Sequence record: PQ015379.1
Strand: one strand, 5' to 3'
Length of the DNA: 64,000 bases
Positions 17,825 to 26,626 of this stretch are shown piece after piece (within the stretch, counting starts at the first letter, position 1; each line of letters begins with the position of its first letter). A program made the position numbers and the translations under genes. Below the pieces are notes generated by a model. It did not search any database. It was not told the origin of the DNA and saw only the letters and a program-made list of their open reading frames with translations.

Positions 17825-18367
17825 ATGAGTCTGGAAAATAAAATGGCTGGGCTGCTTCAGCAGGCAGCGCAGGATATCGCGGGCCGTTCTGACTCCGCCG
17901 TAATCGAAATTGTGCAGCGTCTGTCGTCCGACCTGAATTTGATGGTGTACGAATTCGACAAGGCGAACGAAAAACACCCGGAAGGCAAACCGCGTCCGGT
18001 GTTTAACCGCATGCCCTGCTATACCGACGTGAACGGCCACGATCACATGGTGCCGGAAGGCTACGACCTGTCGTATACACTGATCACCAATCGCGTGTGG
18101 CCCGATGGTTACGACGCGCAGAATAAATTGCCTGATTACGTCGGCGTCCCGTTGGGCAGCGGCGCACCGTTCGTTGACCTGTGGCTGGTTCGTGACCCGG
18201 AACACAAAGAGCCGAACATGGCGGGGGCCACCGCGCTGTGGGAAATCATTAAAGAGGATTGCATGGTCAAGACCTTTAACGAATTTCACACCGGCACCAA
18301 AAACGCGGCCAAGGTTGTGAGGCACACCACAACTCATTTCAAATTCGAAACCCAGCAAGCTCTGTAA
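17825..18367 (+). CDS. hypothetical protein
   Basis: RBS GAGGG before MSLENK. Confidence 0.75.
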   Translation: MSLENKMAGLLQQAAQDIAGRSDSAVIEIVQRLSSDLNLMVYEFDKANEKHPEGKPRPVFNRMPCYTDVNGHDHMVPEGYDLSYTLITNRVWPDGYDAQNKLPDYVGVPLGSGAPFVDLWLVRDPEHKEPNMAGATALWEIIKEDCMVKTFNEFHTGTKNAAKVVRHTTTHFKFETQQAL

Positions 18368-18376
18368 GGACACGCC

Positions 18377-18676
18377 GTGACGTTTTTCAACGAAATCAAA
18401 AAGCACGAACAACTGACCGACCCGGAATTCGAGTTGGTTGTAAAACAAATGCGTGCGAAACGTGACGCTGCGTCGATCCGCGCAGCCTATCGCGTGCTGG
18501 TGCAGGACACGCCTGCTTATCTGGCGGCCAAGCATGAATGCTCTAGCCAATCGAACGTGCACGATACCGTTAAGCGCATTCTGGAACGGCACCACGAAAA
18601 CATGGCGGTCTATGGACGCTTCACACCGCCTGATGAAAACGCCGTGTGGGAATTTGAAGCGAGGGTGAAAATATGA
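18377..18676 (+). CDS. TrfB/KorA-like HTH DNA-binding protein
   Basis: LTDPEFE...IRAAYRVLVQD...AA...SQSNVHDTVKRI. Confidence 0.65.
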   Translation: MTFFNEIKKHEQLTDPEFELVVKQMRAKRDAASIRAAYRVLVQDTPAYLAAKHECSSQSNVHDTVKRILERHHENMAVYGRFTPPDENAVWEFEARVKI

Positions 18677-18876
18677 GCGAGGAACTGATTAAGTGGTTGA
18701 TCTTCGCGGTGCCTGTTCTGGTGGTCGGTGCGTTCGTCTTGCCCGAGGTTCTGCGCTGCTGGAAACTGCACATGGAATTCAAACAGCGCAAAGCCCGCAT
18801 GGATGCAGAAGTGCGGATGATGGAAGCCGTGGCCGCGTTGGCGCGTGCACTTAACGGGGATAAGAAGAATGACTGA
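18673..18876 (+). CDS. small single-pass membrane protein
   Basis: N-terminal hydrophobic helix. Confidence 0.7.
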   Translation: MSEELIKWLIFAVPVLVVGAFVLPEVLRCWKLHMEFKQRKARMDAEVRMMEAVAALARALNGDKKND

Positions 18877-19108
18877 CCAGTGCAGGGCCGGGCGCTGCAT
18901 CGTGGGTGAAATTAGAAACCGCGCCGTGCTGGAAAAAGATTGGGTAAAGGAAGCCAAGGCGTTCCAGAAAGTGATTGCTGACTGGAACGAGAAAACCAAG
19001 CGCTTCGCAATTCCGCACCCCGGCTTTTGTCACCCGTCGAATTACTGCGCGATGTGTGGGCGTCCATTGCAGGCGTTCCACGAAGCTAACCCATACCTAG
19101 ACAAATAA
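18869..19108 (+). CDS. small Cys-rich protein
   Basis: CRAGRC...CAMCG. Confidence 0.6.
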   Translation: MTDQCRAGRCIVGEIRNRAVLEKDWVKEAKAFQKVIADWNEKTKRFAIPHPGFCHPSNYCAMCGRPLQAFHEANPYLDK

Positions 19109-19129
19109 TTTCACAACCGAGGAAAAACC

Positions 19130-20014
19130 ATGCCACGCACTCTAACGCACTTCGTAATTCCCGCTGGCCGCACGCATCACGAAATCGTGTGCCAAATCAC
19201 CGAGCCAGATGCAGAACCCGGCGTCATTTCGTGGGGCGATGAAAATTGGAACCACATGTTCGAAACGCGTGAAGGCGACGGCTCCGTGATCGTCGAACTG
19301 CTGGACGAATTTTTCATCGTCTCGCCTTCGACCGGTCGCAGTGCACGCGGCGCCAACATCATGGATGCGAACGACGGCCTTTATTTGGGCCTGAACGAAC
19401 ACAGCCCGACATTCCCGCTGGTGGCCCTCGGTGACAAGTGGCTTTACACCGTCTCGAAAAACTTCAAGGGCGATGCACGCACCGAAGACCCGATGTTAAT
19501 CCGGCGCCTGTGCAAAATCACGGCTGCGCGATCCAGCGACGTTTCGCCCGGTGGTGGAAAAAGCGTGGTGGCACAGGCCGACGTTTCATACGACACGGCA
19601 CGCGGGCGCATCGGCTCATTCATGCAGATGAAAACCTTCAGGTCGAAAATGGGCCTGCTGTTGCTGGTGGCCGAATATCTGAACGACGCCAATTTCATCA
19701 AAGGCGAATCGGGCGAGGCCGTCACGTTGGAAAGCGTGGCCGATCTACAGCACGAACTGGAAGCACTCAAAAGGCAGTTGCCGTTCCTGATGGATTTAAA
19801 AGCGGGATCGAGCGCAGACAGCAAAGCCAGTTCCATGTATGAAGACGTGTACGACCAGTTGTGTGAGAAATTCGACCCGCACATTTTCCCTGATCAGCAC
19901 GGTTCCTACATCGGCCCACACACGCTGTGCAATTCCGTGGTCGAAAACGTCGAGGCCCTGATTCAGTTCTGGATCAAAAACCGCGACGACGCGAAATTCC
20001 CGCTGGGCGAATAA
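19130..20014 (+). CDS. hypothetical protein (294 aa)
   Basis: RBS GAGGA, followed by terminator. Confidence 0.85.
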   Translation: MPRTLTHFVIPAGRTHHEIVCQITEPDAEPGVISWGDENWNHMFETREGDGSVIVELLDEFFIVSPSTGRSARGANIMDANDGLYLGLNEHSPTFPLVALGDKWLYTVSKNFKGDARTEDPMLIRRLCKITAARSSDVSPGGGKSVVAQADVSYDTARGRIGSFMQMKTFRSKMGLLLLVAEYLNDANFIKGESGEAVTLESVADLQHELEALKRQLPFLMDLKAGSSADSKASSMYEDVYDQLCEKFDPHIFPDQHGSYIGPHTLCNSVVENVEALIQFWIKNRDDAKFPLGE

Positions 20015-20032
20015 ACCCAGCAGCAGAAAAAG

Positions 20033-20058
20033 AGCCGGGCCTAGTGTCCGGCTTTTTT
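20033..20058 (+). terminator. intrinsic terminator
   Basis: AGCCGG...CCGGCTTTTTT. Confidence 0.75.
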
Positions 20059-20086
20059 GTAGGGGGACAATTTAGGAGGTGCTGCA

Positions 20087-20290
20087 ATGTCACTCGAAAC
20101 CCTGCGCAACGTTATTTTCGGCGGCATCGTTTTTCTGGCGGTCACGCTTTTGATTCTGTTTGGGATCTACATGCGAAACGAATACGCGGCAATGAAGCGA
20201 AGGCAGGCTGAAGAGGAAAAGCAGATTGCCGAACATGAGGCCGAACTGAAAGCGCACCTGCACCACAAACCCGAGGATGAAAAGCCATGA
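20087..20290 (+). CDS. small single-pass membrane protein
   Basis: RBS AGGAGG; TM helix then charged tail. Confidence 0.75.
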   Translation: MSLETLRNVIFGGIVFLAVTLLILFGIYMRNEYAAMKRRQAEEEKQIAEHEAELKAHLHHKPEDEKP

Positions 20291-20475
20291 CCCTTTTGCA
20301 GCTAGTAGAAGCGATTCCCGGTTGCGCGGTCGCCGCGCTATGGATCGGAACCGCCGCCGTGATTCTGTGGGATCGCAAAACCGGCGGCCCCTACGAACGC
20401 GCAGCCCGCGAAATCCGGGCGCATTCGGAATCGCTACAGGAACAAGAACGGGCGCGCACGCGTACGCACGTATAG
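20287..20475 (+). CDS. small membrane protein
   Basis: ATGA overlap; hydrophobic N-half. Confidence 0.6.
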   Translation: MTLLQLVEAIPGCAVAALWIGTAAVILWDRKTGGPYERAAREIRAHSESLQEQERARTRTHV

Positions 20476-20503
20476 AGGGAGTGCCAAAACTTGTACCGAC
20501 CGC

Positions 20504-20587
20504 TTGACACCAGAACCCAGTTTTGAGAATCTTTGGCCGTGGGCAAGTTGTGCCTGCGGAAAACACACTCACGCAATTAGGGAAGTT
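20504..20587 (+). promoter_or_regulatory. sigma70-type promoter + hairpin + conserved leader motif (copy 3)
   Basis: TTGACA-17-GAATCT; CACTCACGCAATTAGGGAAGTT at 20566-20587. Confidence 0.85.
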
Positions 20588-20593
20588 AGAAAC

Positions 20594-20953
20594 ATGAACC
20601 GGAATCGCCGCGTCACTTTCACCGCCATCGCAGATTGGGCAGTGCCAAAATTCCCCGGCATCCTGTCGTTCTTCGAAACCATCGCCGTGTCGGATTTGGA
20701 AAACAAAGAAATTCGCCTCGACGCTGCAACCCAACGCGCAGTGATCGGCTATCCGGTTTTTGGCAAACAGGCTTTTACCGTGAACAGCGATGGCAGCGTC
20801 ACCGTTCGCAAAAGCGTAGGGTTTGGGCGGGATTCGGAAGAGCGCACGTATAGCGCACGTGAAGTGGACTATGCGCGGATGAATCAATTGCGCATGGAAC
20901 CGTGCACGCAAGGCCCCGGACTTTTCAACGGCCTGCCACAAGTGGAGCACTAA
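20594..20953 (+). CDS. early protein
   Basis: ATG 6 nt after leader motif. Confidence 0.75.
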   Translation: MNRNRRVTFTAIADWAVPKFPGILSFFETIAVSDLENKEIRLDAATQRAVIGYPVFGKQAFTVNSDGSVTVRKSVGFGRDSEERTYSAREVDYARMNQLRMEPCTQGPGLFNGLPQVEH

Positions 20954-20955
20954 CC

Positions 20956-21213
20956 ATGCAAGCTTTTTGGATTGGTGTGCTTGTGTACCTGCTGATCGGC
21001 GCCGGGGTTGCAGTTTTCGCCCTGCTGTATATCAGCGCAATGCGTGGCCATGACGAATCGTGCCACCATTTTTATTACGGGCTGCGCGAAGCAACACGCA
21101 CCCGCCGTTTTTTAACCGTCGCGATGTGCTGCGTTTACATCGCTGTGCTTTGGCTGCCACTGGTTTCTGGTTGTCGTGTGCCGCCTCTTCCTACCGTCAT
21201 TCGGAGAAAGTGA
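20956..21213 (+). CDS. small two-TM membrane protein
   Basis: Two hydrophobic segments. Confidence 0.7.
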   Translation: MQAFWIGVLVYLLIGAGVAVFALLYISAMRGHDESCHHFYYGLREATRTRRFLTVAMCCVYIAVLWLPLVSGCRVPPLPTVIRRK

Positions 21214-21214
21214 A

Positions 21215-21622
21215 ATGCCATACCCTCAGAAACTAATTCTGACCAAACACCAACGCGAAGTTCTGCTGCATCGGATTTCGCACCTGTCGCAATTGAGCGC
21301 CGAAGAAATTGAAGAGCTTTTCGGCTGCGCTGAAAGCGACGACCCGCTCAACGTCGCAGCGCTATGCACCGCGCTGGAAACCTACGACGAACTGTTTACC
21401 CGGTGTGCAGGCGGCCAGTTGATCGCTATCACGGTCGAAACGCGGGAACAGGCGGAAGCGCTAGCGGAAGCCTTGGAGGGTTCAACCTTCTTTGCAACGC
21501 GTATGAAAGGTGACGGCGTTTACGTCCACGCAGCAAAAGCCGTGGCTGAACTTTTATCCACGGTTCTAGATCGTGAAGTCGAGCCGCACATAGACCCGCG
21601 CACGTCGCGAAACTCGGTCTGA
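21215..21622 (+). CDS. hypothetical protein
   Basis: RBS GGAG before MPYPQK. Confidence 0.7.
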   Translation: MPYPQKLILTKHQREVLLHRISHLSQLSAEEIEELFGCAESDDPLNVAALCTALETYDELFTRCAGGQLIAITVETREQAEALAEALEGSTFFATRMKGDGVYVHAAKAVAELLSTVLDREVEPHIDPRTSRNSV

Positions 21623-21636
21623 CAGGTAAACCCGTT

Positions 21637-21658
21637 TGCGCATCTAGAACGGTGCGCA
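21637..21658. repeat. TGCGCA-N10-TGCGCA inverted-repeat element, copy 1
   Basis: TGCGCATCTAGAACGGTGCGCA identical to 27151-27172. Confidence 0.85.
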
Positions 21659-21697
21659 ATCTGGTTGCACTGGAAAACCACACACGGAGAAACGACC

Positions 21698-21976
21698 ATG
21701 GCCCGCACAAAGGCGCCTGCTATCGCGACCCCTGAAAACCTCGACCCGGCGCTGACGCAAATCATTGTCGTGGACTTCGGGGAATGGGGCCGGGGCGAAA
21801 CCTTGGAGGAAGCACTTTCCAAGATTCCCCCGAAAGGCCGTCGCAAACTGGAATCGTACATGCAGGTTTGGCACATCGTGCCCGGAACCTACATTGGCGA
21901 CGACGGAATCTTCTACAACAACGATCCGGCGTTGCAGATTCGCCCGGTACTGAACGAAACCCGGCGCACAAAGTAG
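21698..21976 (+). CDS. hypothetical protein
   Basis: RBS GGAG before MARTKA. Confidence 0.75.
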   Translation: MARTKAPAIATPENLDPALTQIIVVDFGEWGRGETLEEALSKIPPKGRRKLESYMQVWHIVPGTYIGDDGIFYNNDPALQIRPVLNETRRTK

Positions 21977-22063
21977 TTGACACCCCGGCGCCTGTAATGG
22001 CATTCTGAAATCCAATCGGCAACCACGCCGACATAGTTTGACACTCACACATTAAAGGAAGTT
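21977..22063 (+). promoter_or_regulatory. sigma70-type promoter + hairpin + conserved leader motif (copy 4)
   Basis: TTGACA-18-CATTCT; CACTCACACATTAAAGGAAGTT at 22042-22063. Confidence 0.8.
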
Positions 22064-22068
22064 TGATC

Positions 22069-23598
22069 ATGACCAAGACCACTACCCACACCGCTCAAGC
22101 TCTGCTGGTTGCCGCTGTAAAAACTCTGAACGGCGTTATTCGCGATGCCAAAAAGGCAGGCGTAACCGTTCCGGGTCTGGCTACCGAAGTTGGCGACGGT
22201 ATCAATCTGCGCGACCTGAAAACCTACCTGAAGGAATTCGAAGCCAATCAGGCCAGCGCCAAAACCCCGGCTGAAAAAGCCCCGGTGAAAACCCCGGCCC
22301 CGAAAGCCGAAACCAAGCCAGCGGCCAAAGCTGAACCGGTTGAACTGAAAAGCTCGGCCATCGTCGAAGCTGGCACCGTGAAAATCGGTCGCAACACCGA
22401 AACCGTTCTGCGCGTTCGCAGCATCGGCGGCGTGCGCACCGCAGTAACCGACAAGGGCACCCGTATTGCTGCTGCCGATCTGGAATTCAACAATCGCGGC
22501 GCCCTGCGTGTGAAGCTGGATTGCGAATCGAAGTACAACGGCAAAGCCGCTGCCCCGGCCCCGAAAGCTGACACCAAAGCCCCGGCCACCAAACCGGCCA
22601 GCGGCAAGAAACAAACCGCTTCGGAAGACTTCGAAGAAGAGCCAGCAGCAAAGGCGCCTGCCGCTAAAGCCGGTTCCGACCGCGTGTTCCCTGTGCGCAC
22701 GCTGAACCTGAAAAAGTCGCCAATGCTGACCGCTGCGACCTACGACCGCAACACCAAAACCCTGACCGTTACCCTCAAGGATAACGCCGTATGGGCTTAC
22801 GAAGGTGTGGCACTGAGCGAGGTTCGCGCTTTCGAACAGGCTTCGCAGCCGTGGAAACACTTCTCGGCGCACATCGCGAACGACAAGAAAGGCCACATGG
22901 TGAAAAACCACGGCGCGGCCAAAGCTGCCCAAACCGCTGGCGACAAACCAGCAGCAAAACCGGCTGCCAAGGCCCCGGCTGCAAAGCCTGCTGAAAAACC
23001 TGCTGCATCGGCTATCAGCACTTCGCGCCTGCGTTCCGAAGGTTTCAAGGATGGCCGCACCACTGAACAGGTGCTGAACATTTCCAAGAACAAGGAAACC
23101 GGCGAGCGCTTCGTGAACACCGTTAGCGGCAAGAAAATTCCGCTGGCGTTCATCATCGAATCGAAAGGCAAGTTCCGCGTTTCCGATCTGGCCGGTATCA
23201 GTGCCGCTGTAAACCCGGCAAAGCCTGCTGCAAAGGCCGCTGCAAAGCCTGCTGAAAACACCCGTAAGGCCACGGCTGCAAAGCCTGCTGCACAGGTGAA
23301 CGGCAAGGCCCCGAAAGTGAATTTCGCGGCTGGTGAAGGCAAGGGCAGCACCAAAGCCAAAGTGGTTTCGGAAAAGCCTACCCGCGCCGCTGTAAAGGAA
23401 CACGGTGTTCGCGTGATCCTGAACGGTCGCAAAGAAAAGATCGTTGACGTGCTGCGCATCGTCACCCGTGGCGACACCCTGACCGCTGTATCGTCTGCCG
23501 ATGGTCACAAGGGCCTGCCGTTCGATCTGATCATGTCCTTTGACGGTCAACCGACCTACACCGGCAAAGTTTCTGCCGACCTGTTCAACGCCCTGTGA
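22069..23598 (+). CDS. modular Lys/Ala/Pro-rich protein: KTSC domain + three internal repeat domains + AlgP/histone-H1-like KPAA linkers
   Basis: KTSC-like KSPMLTAATYDRNTKTLTVTLKDNAVWAYEGV...F..HI (about 22711-22881); multiple KPAA(K) repeats. Confidence 0.8.
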   Translation: MTKTTTHTAQALLVAAVKTLNGVIRDAKKAGVTVPGLATEVGDGINLRDLKTYLKEFEANQASAKTPAEKAPVKTPAPKAETKPAAKAEPVELKSSAIVEAGTVKIGRNTETVLRVRSIGGVRTAVTDKGTRIAAADLEFNNRGALRVKLDCESKYNGKAAAPAPKADTKAPATKPASGKKQTASEDFEEEPAAKAPAAKAGSDRVFPVRTLNLKKSPMLTAATYDRNTKTLTVTLKDNAVWAYEGVALSEVRAFEQASQPWKHFSAHIANDKKGHMVKNHGAAKAAQTAGDKPAAKPAAKAPAAKPAEKPAASAISTSRLRSEGFKDGRTTEQVLNISKNKETGERFVNTVSGKKIPLAFIIESKGKFRVSDLAGISAAVNPAKPAAKAAAKPAENTRKATAAKPAAQVNGKAPKVNFAAGEGKGSTKAKVVSEKPTRAAVKEHGVRVILNGRKEKIVDVLRIVTRGDTLTAVSSADGHKGLPFDLIMSFDGQPTYTGKVSADLFNAL

Positions 23599-23620
23599 TG
23601 GCAGGGCGCTGTACCTCTAA

Positions 23621-23655
23621 ACCCCCGGCGTAGAAATACAAAGGGGGTAATTTTT
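23621..23655 (+). terminator. probable terminator
   Basis: ACCCCC...GGGGGT-AATTTTT. Confidence 0.5.
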
Positions 23656-23692
23656 CGCCCCCAGTTTTTCCATTAGCACGGAGGGATTTCTA

Positions 23693-24322
23693 ATGGAACA
23701 TTTAATCGGCTTCAAAGGCGTCATGCTGCTTATCGGGCTGGGCATTGTTTTGTGCCTCGCCGTTTTGTGGCGGATTACCGCTAACGAAAAGCGATCTGCG
23801 CCCGAAAAGCTGGCAACTTTCGACGTGTCGGATTCGCCCATTGCGCAGGCCGAAAGTTTCTGGACTTCGGCCAAGCAAGATTTGCCGGTGCGTGATATCG
23901 CGTTTTCCCGCGAAGAGCGTGAACTGGCAAGGCAGGCCGCGAACGTTCTTCAGGCTGTGGCTGATTCTGGCCCGACCGAAACTGTAAATGAAGACGTAGC
24001 ACCGAAACCGAAGTTCGATTATCCGAACTACGAAGGTTTTCCGTGCGAAGGCACTTCGTTTGACGATTTCGAAATCTCGATGCGCAGCCACGGTTTCGTG
24101 GTGCGGTTCGATATGAAAGCTCAACAGGTGCACGTTTTCTACGCGCCGCCCAAATCGCGCAATCCGATGGATGTGCTGCGCCGCCTGTATCGTGCGCCGC
24201 TGGAAATTTTCCCGTCGAATTTGTTGCACGAAGAGGGCCGCAAGCGCACCGCCCTTTGGGCCATGCGTAAATTCAAGTCGGAAGAGAAATTGCCCGAGTT
24301 GGAAAACTTTACCTACCTGTGA
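23693..24322 (+). CDS. N-terminally membrane-anchored protein
   Basis: Hydrophobic helix at residues about 10-28; RBS GGAGGG. Confidence 0.75.
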   Translation: MEHLIGFKGVMLLIGLGIVLCLAVLWRITANEKRSAPEKLATFDVSDSPIAQAESFWTSAKQDLPVRDIAFSREERELARQAANVLQAVADSGPTETVNEDVAPKPKFDYPNYEGFPCEGTSFDDFEISMRSHGFVVRFDMKAQQVHVFYAPPKSRNPMDVLRRLYRAPLEIFPSNLLHEEGRKRTALWAMRKFKSEEKLPELENFTYL

Positions 24323-24328
24323 GGCCGT

Positions 24329-24784
24329 ATGAAAATCGGGAAGCAGTACCCAATCACCATGGACGTTAACCGTCGCGATATCGAATTCGACGACCGCGCA
24401 GAAACTCATGATCAGCACGGCGATTACAATTTGGAAATCGTGCTGCGTGATGAAGCCTGCCGCCGTAAGTTCGCAACCGTGATGATTCCTGCCGGTCGCA
24501 TGATGGCTGCACTGGGTAATCGCTCGCACGTTCCCTGCACTATCGAATTCGAGCAACATTTCCTACTGTTCGGGAAATCCCGCGAAACCAAAACGATCTG
24601 GATCAAGGAACAAAAGAAACTCGGCGCCGACAAGAAACCCAAGATTCCGGCGAAGTACGAAGCCGAAGGCTGGGCATACTATGACGGCTACGGCAGTTCC
24701 CGTTCTGGTGAAATGCGCGACGGCCAGTGGCACTATCCGTGCACCCTGCAACGTTTCGTTGATGAAGACAGCGAGGACCAATAA
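24329..24784 (+). CDS. hypothetical phage protein
   Basis: RBS GAGG. Confidence 0.75.
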   Translation: MKIGKQYPITMDVNRRDIEFDDRAETHDQHGDYNLEIVLRDEACRRKFATVMIPAGRMMAALGNRSHVPCTIEFEQHFLLFGKSRETKTIWIKEQKKLGADKKPKIPAKYEAEGWAYYDGYGSSRSGEMRDGQWHYPCTLQRFVDEDSEDQ

Positions 24785-24786
24785 AA

Positions 24787-25365
24787 ATGGCACGTGCAAA
24801 GAAAATCGAAACCCCAGCAATCGACCCGGCAATCGCGTGGAACACAGACCACGACAAAATGTTGGTCATTGCCGAAAAGACTTTTCAGTTGGCATTGGAT
24901 AACTTGCGCCTTCTGCAAGCGGCACAACACCGTGGCATTTCCAGCGCTGAACTGCTGACCCGCATCGCCGCCGAATTCAAACGCCAAGAAAAAATCGTGG
25001 CACGTTTGAAAGCAGCGACCGAAGAAATGGGCGGCACCGTTTCGAGCGCAGTGGACGACGGCATTTTCGGTCGTGAGCAATATGGCTGGTGCTTCACGTT
25101 CAAAACCAACACCGGCCACCTGATCGAATTCAGTTACGGTCGTGGTATGGAAGCGGACGCCTACGATTTGCCTTTGTCGTTCCGCTGGACTGTGCGCTAT
25201 CCAAAAGCCCGCTTCAAAACGCAGCGCGTGGCCACCCCGGAAAATGATCACGATTACATCGACTGCGAGAACGTCGGTGATTTCAAACGCTACGTGAAGC
25301 GCGCAGTCAAATGGCTGAACGACACACGCGGCACCGACAACAAAAAAGTAATCACACTCGCCTAA
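24787..25365 (+). CDS. hypothetical protein
   Basis: Tiles. Confidence 0.75.
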   Translation: MARAKKIETPAIDPAIAWNTDHDKMLVIAEKTFQLALDNLRLLQAAQHRGISSAELLTRIAAEFKRQEKIVARLKAATEEMGGTVSSAVDDGIFGREQYGWCFTFKTNTGHLIEFSYGRGMEADAYDLPLSFRWTVRYPKARFKTQRVATPENDHDYIDCENVGDFKRYVKRAVKWLNDTRGTDNKKVITLA

Positions 25366-25383
25366 TGGGCTAAGGAACGTAAA

Positions 25384-25779
25384 ATGCTTTCGCTGATGTT
25401 GAAAATGTGTCTGGCTGGTCAACCGTGCAAGGAAGTGCGTGTCGCAGATTTCTTCACGGCGCAGGCTGGTTTCATGTGTGAATATAATCGCGAAGGCATG
25501 CAAGAATCTGCCACTCGCGAAAAACGCCCCGGCACCTTCAGTTGCAAGGCCGGACTCGCGGAAGAAAAATTGACGCCGTTGGCTACGCTGAATTTCAAAG
25601 TGTGCGTGGCCAGCGGTACACCGGGTGAACAGTGCGACGGTTTCGCACTGGCCCAATTCTACGGCGCAGAATACGCTGAACCAGCATGTGCAAAGAATGC
25701 TGATCACCTGCGCCCGGCACTGGAAAAGGCAGCAGGCGGAACACACGCCCGTGTCAAACTGGACTGCTTTTCAAACTAG
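25384..25779 (+). CDS. Cys-rich protein with two internal repeats
   Basis: L.LKMCLAGQPC...ADFF....FMC and LNFKVCVASG...C...LAQFY....PAC. Confidence 0.7.
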   Translation: MLSLMLKMCLAGQPCKEVRVADFFTAQAGFMCEYNREGMQESATREKRPGTFSCKAGLAEEKLTPLATLNFKVCVASGTPGEQCDGFALAQFYGAEYAEPACAKNADHLRPALEKAAGGTHARVKLDCFSN

Positions 25780-25790
25780 GAGCCAGCCGC

Positions 25791-26060
25791 ATGACTTTGA
25801 CGCCGGAACAAGTGGCCCTGTTGTTGGCAGTGGTTGGGATCGCGTGCGTTATTCTGGCGTGGCTCGAAACCCATTCGCGCCTTCGCAAAACGCAGTTGAT
25901 GTATCGCGCTTCTGAAAACCGGGTTGCGCTGCTGGAATTAGAAATCGGCAGGCTGACACGCACCAATAAATACCAAGGCCCAAACAAACCGAGTTACGAA
26001 CAACCGGAGGGCGCCACGTACGAGCTTTGCAAAAAGACGGGTAACTGGCGCGTTACATGA
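25791..26060 (+). CDS. single-pass membrane protein, paralog A
   Basis: TM + coiled coil, ends KKTGNWRVT. Confidence 0.75.
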   Translation: MTLTPEQVALLLAVVGIACVILAWLETHSRLRKTQLMYRASENRVALLELEIGRLTRTNKYQGPNKPSYEQPEGATYELCKKTGNWRVT

Positions 26061-26398
26061 TGGTGGAAAAATCTTACCTGCTGTTACCGTGCATTGGCCT
26101 TGCGGTCACGATGTGGGCCGCGTGGTTTTGGAAACGCAGCTACAGGGCAGCCGAAAAGGAAAGCGAGCGCCACGCAAGAAACGCCGCCAACCTTTCCGGC
26201 ATGCTAGAAGAGGAACGCGAAGAAAACGAACGCCTGCGCCGCTACCTCAAGCAAGCAAAAGCCCGCATTGCCAAATATGAAGGCGACCGCGACAAACAGG
26301 AAGCGTTTCAGAAACGGGAAAGGGTGTTGGCTGCGCATGCACCCGATATCCCGATAGTGCAGTTCGATTCCAAAACCGGGCAATGGCGCGTTCGCTGA
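26057..26398 (+). CDS. single-pass membrane protein, paralog B
   Basis: TM + coiled coil, ends SKTGQWRVR. Confidence 0.75.
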   Translation: MMVEKSYLLLPCIGLAVTMWAAWFWKRSYRAAEKESERHARNAANLSGMLEEEREENERLRRYLKQAKARIAKYEGDRDKQEAFQKRERVLAAHAPDIPIVQFDSKTGQWRVR

Positions 26399-26413
26399 TC
26401 CGGCAGCACAAAC

Positions 26414-26446
26414 AAGGCTCCCCAGTTTCGGCTGGCGGGGCCTTTT
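26414..26446 (+). terminator. intrinsic terminator
   Basis: AAGGCTCCCCAGT-TTCG-GCTGGCGGGGCCTTTT. Confidence 0.7.
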
Positions 26447-26472
26447 GCGTTTGGGGCCTACCACCGCTTCTT

Positions 26473-26504
26473 TATACGCGTGCGCACGCGTATACGTGCG
26501 TATA
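26473..26504. repeat. 32-bp alternating pyrimidine/purine tract containing a perfect 22-bp palindrome
   Basis: TATACGCGTGCGCACGCGTATA (26473-26494) + CGTGCGTATA. Confidence 0.9.
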
Positions 26505-26533
26505 GAGGGCGTGCCGGGCGTTTCGATTGGGTG

Positions 26534-26621
26534 TTGACTTTGGAATGGGGCCTTGATACCTTTGGCACCAAGTCGGGCGCAGCCTGCCTGACAAACCAAC
26601 ACTCACGCAATAGAGGAAGTT
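26534..26621 (+). promoter_or_regulatory. sigma70-type promoter + hairpin + conserved leader motif (copy 5)
   Basis: TTGACT-17-TACCTT; CACTCACGCAATAGAGGAAGTT at 26600-26621. Confidence 0.85.
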
Positions 26622-26626
26622 TAGAA

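Noticed and set aside
26473-26494. Palindrome as a protelomerase (telRL) site
   Set aside because: It superficially resembles the N15 TATACGCGCGTATA core, but there is no protelomerase in the window, the arms are short, and degenerate sister tracts sit at other promoters, which favours a promoter-linked role.
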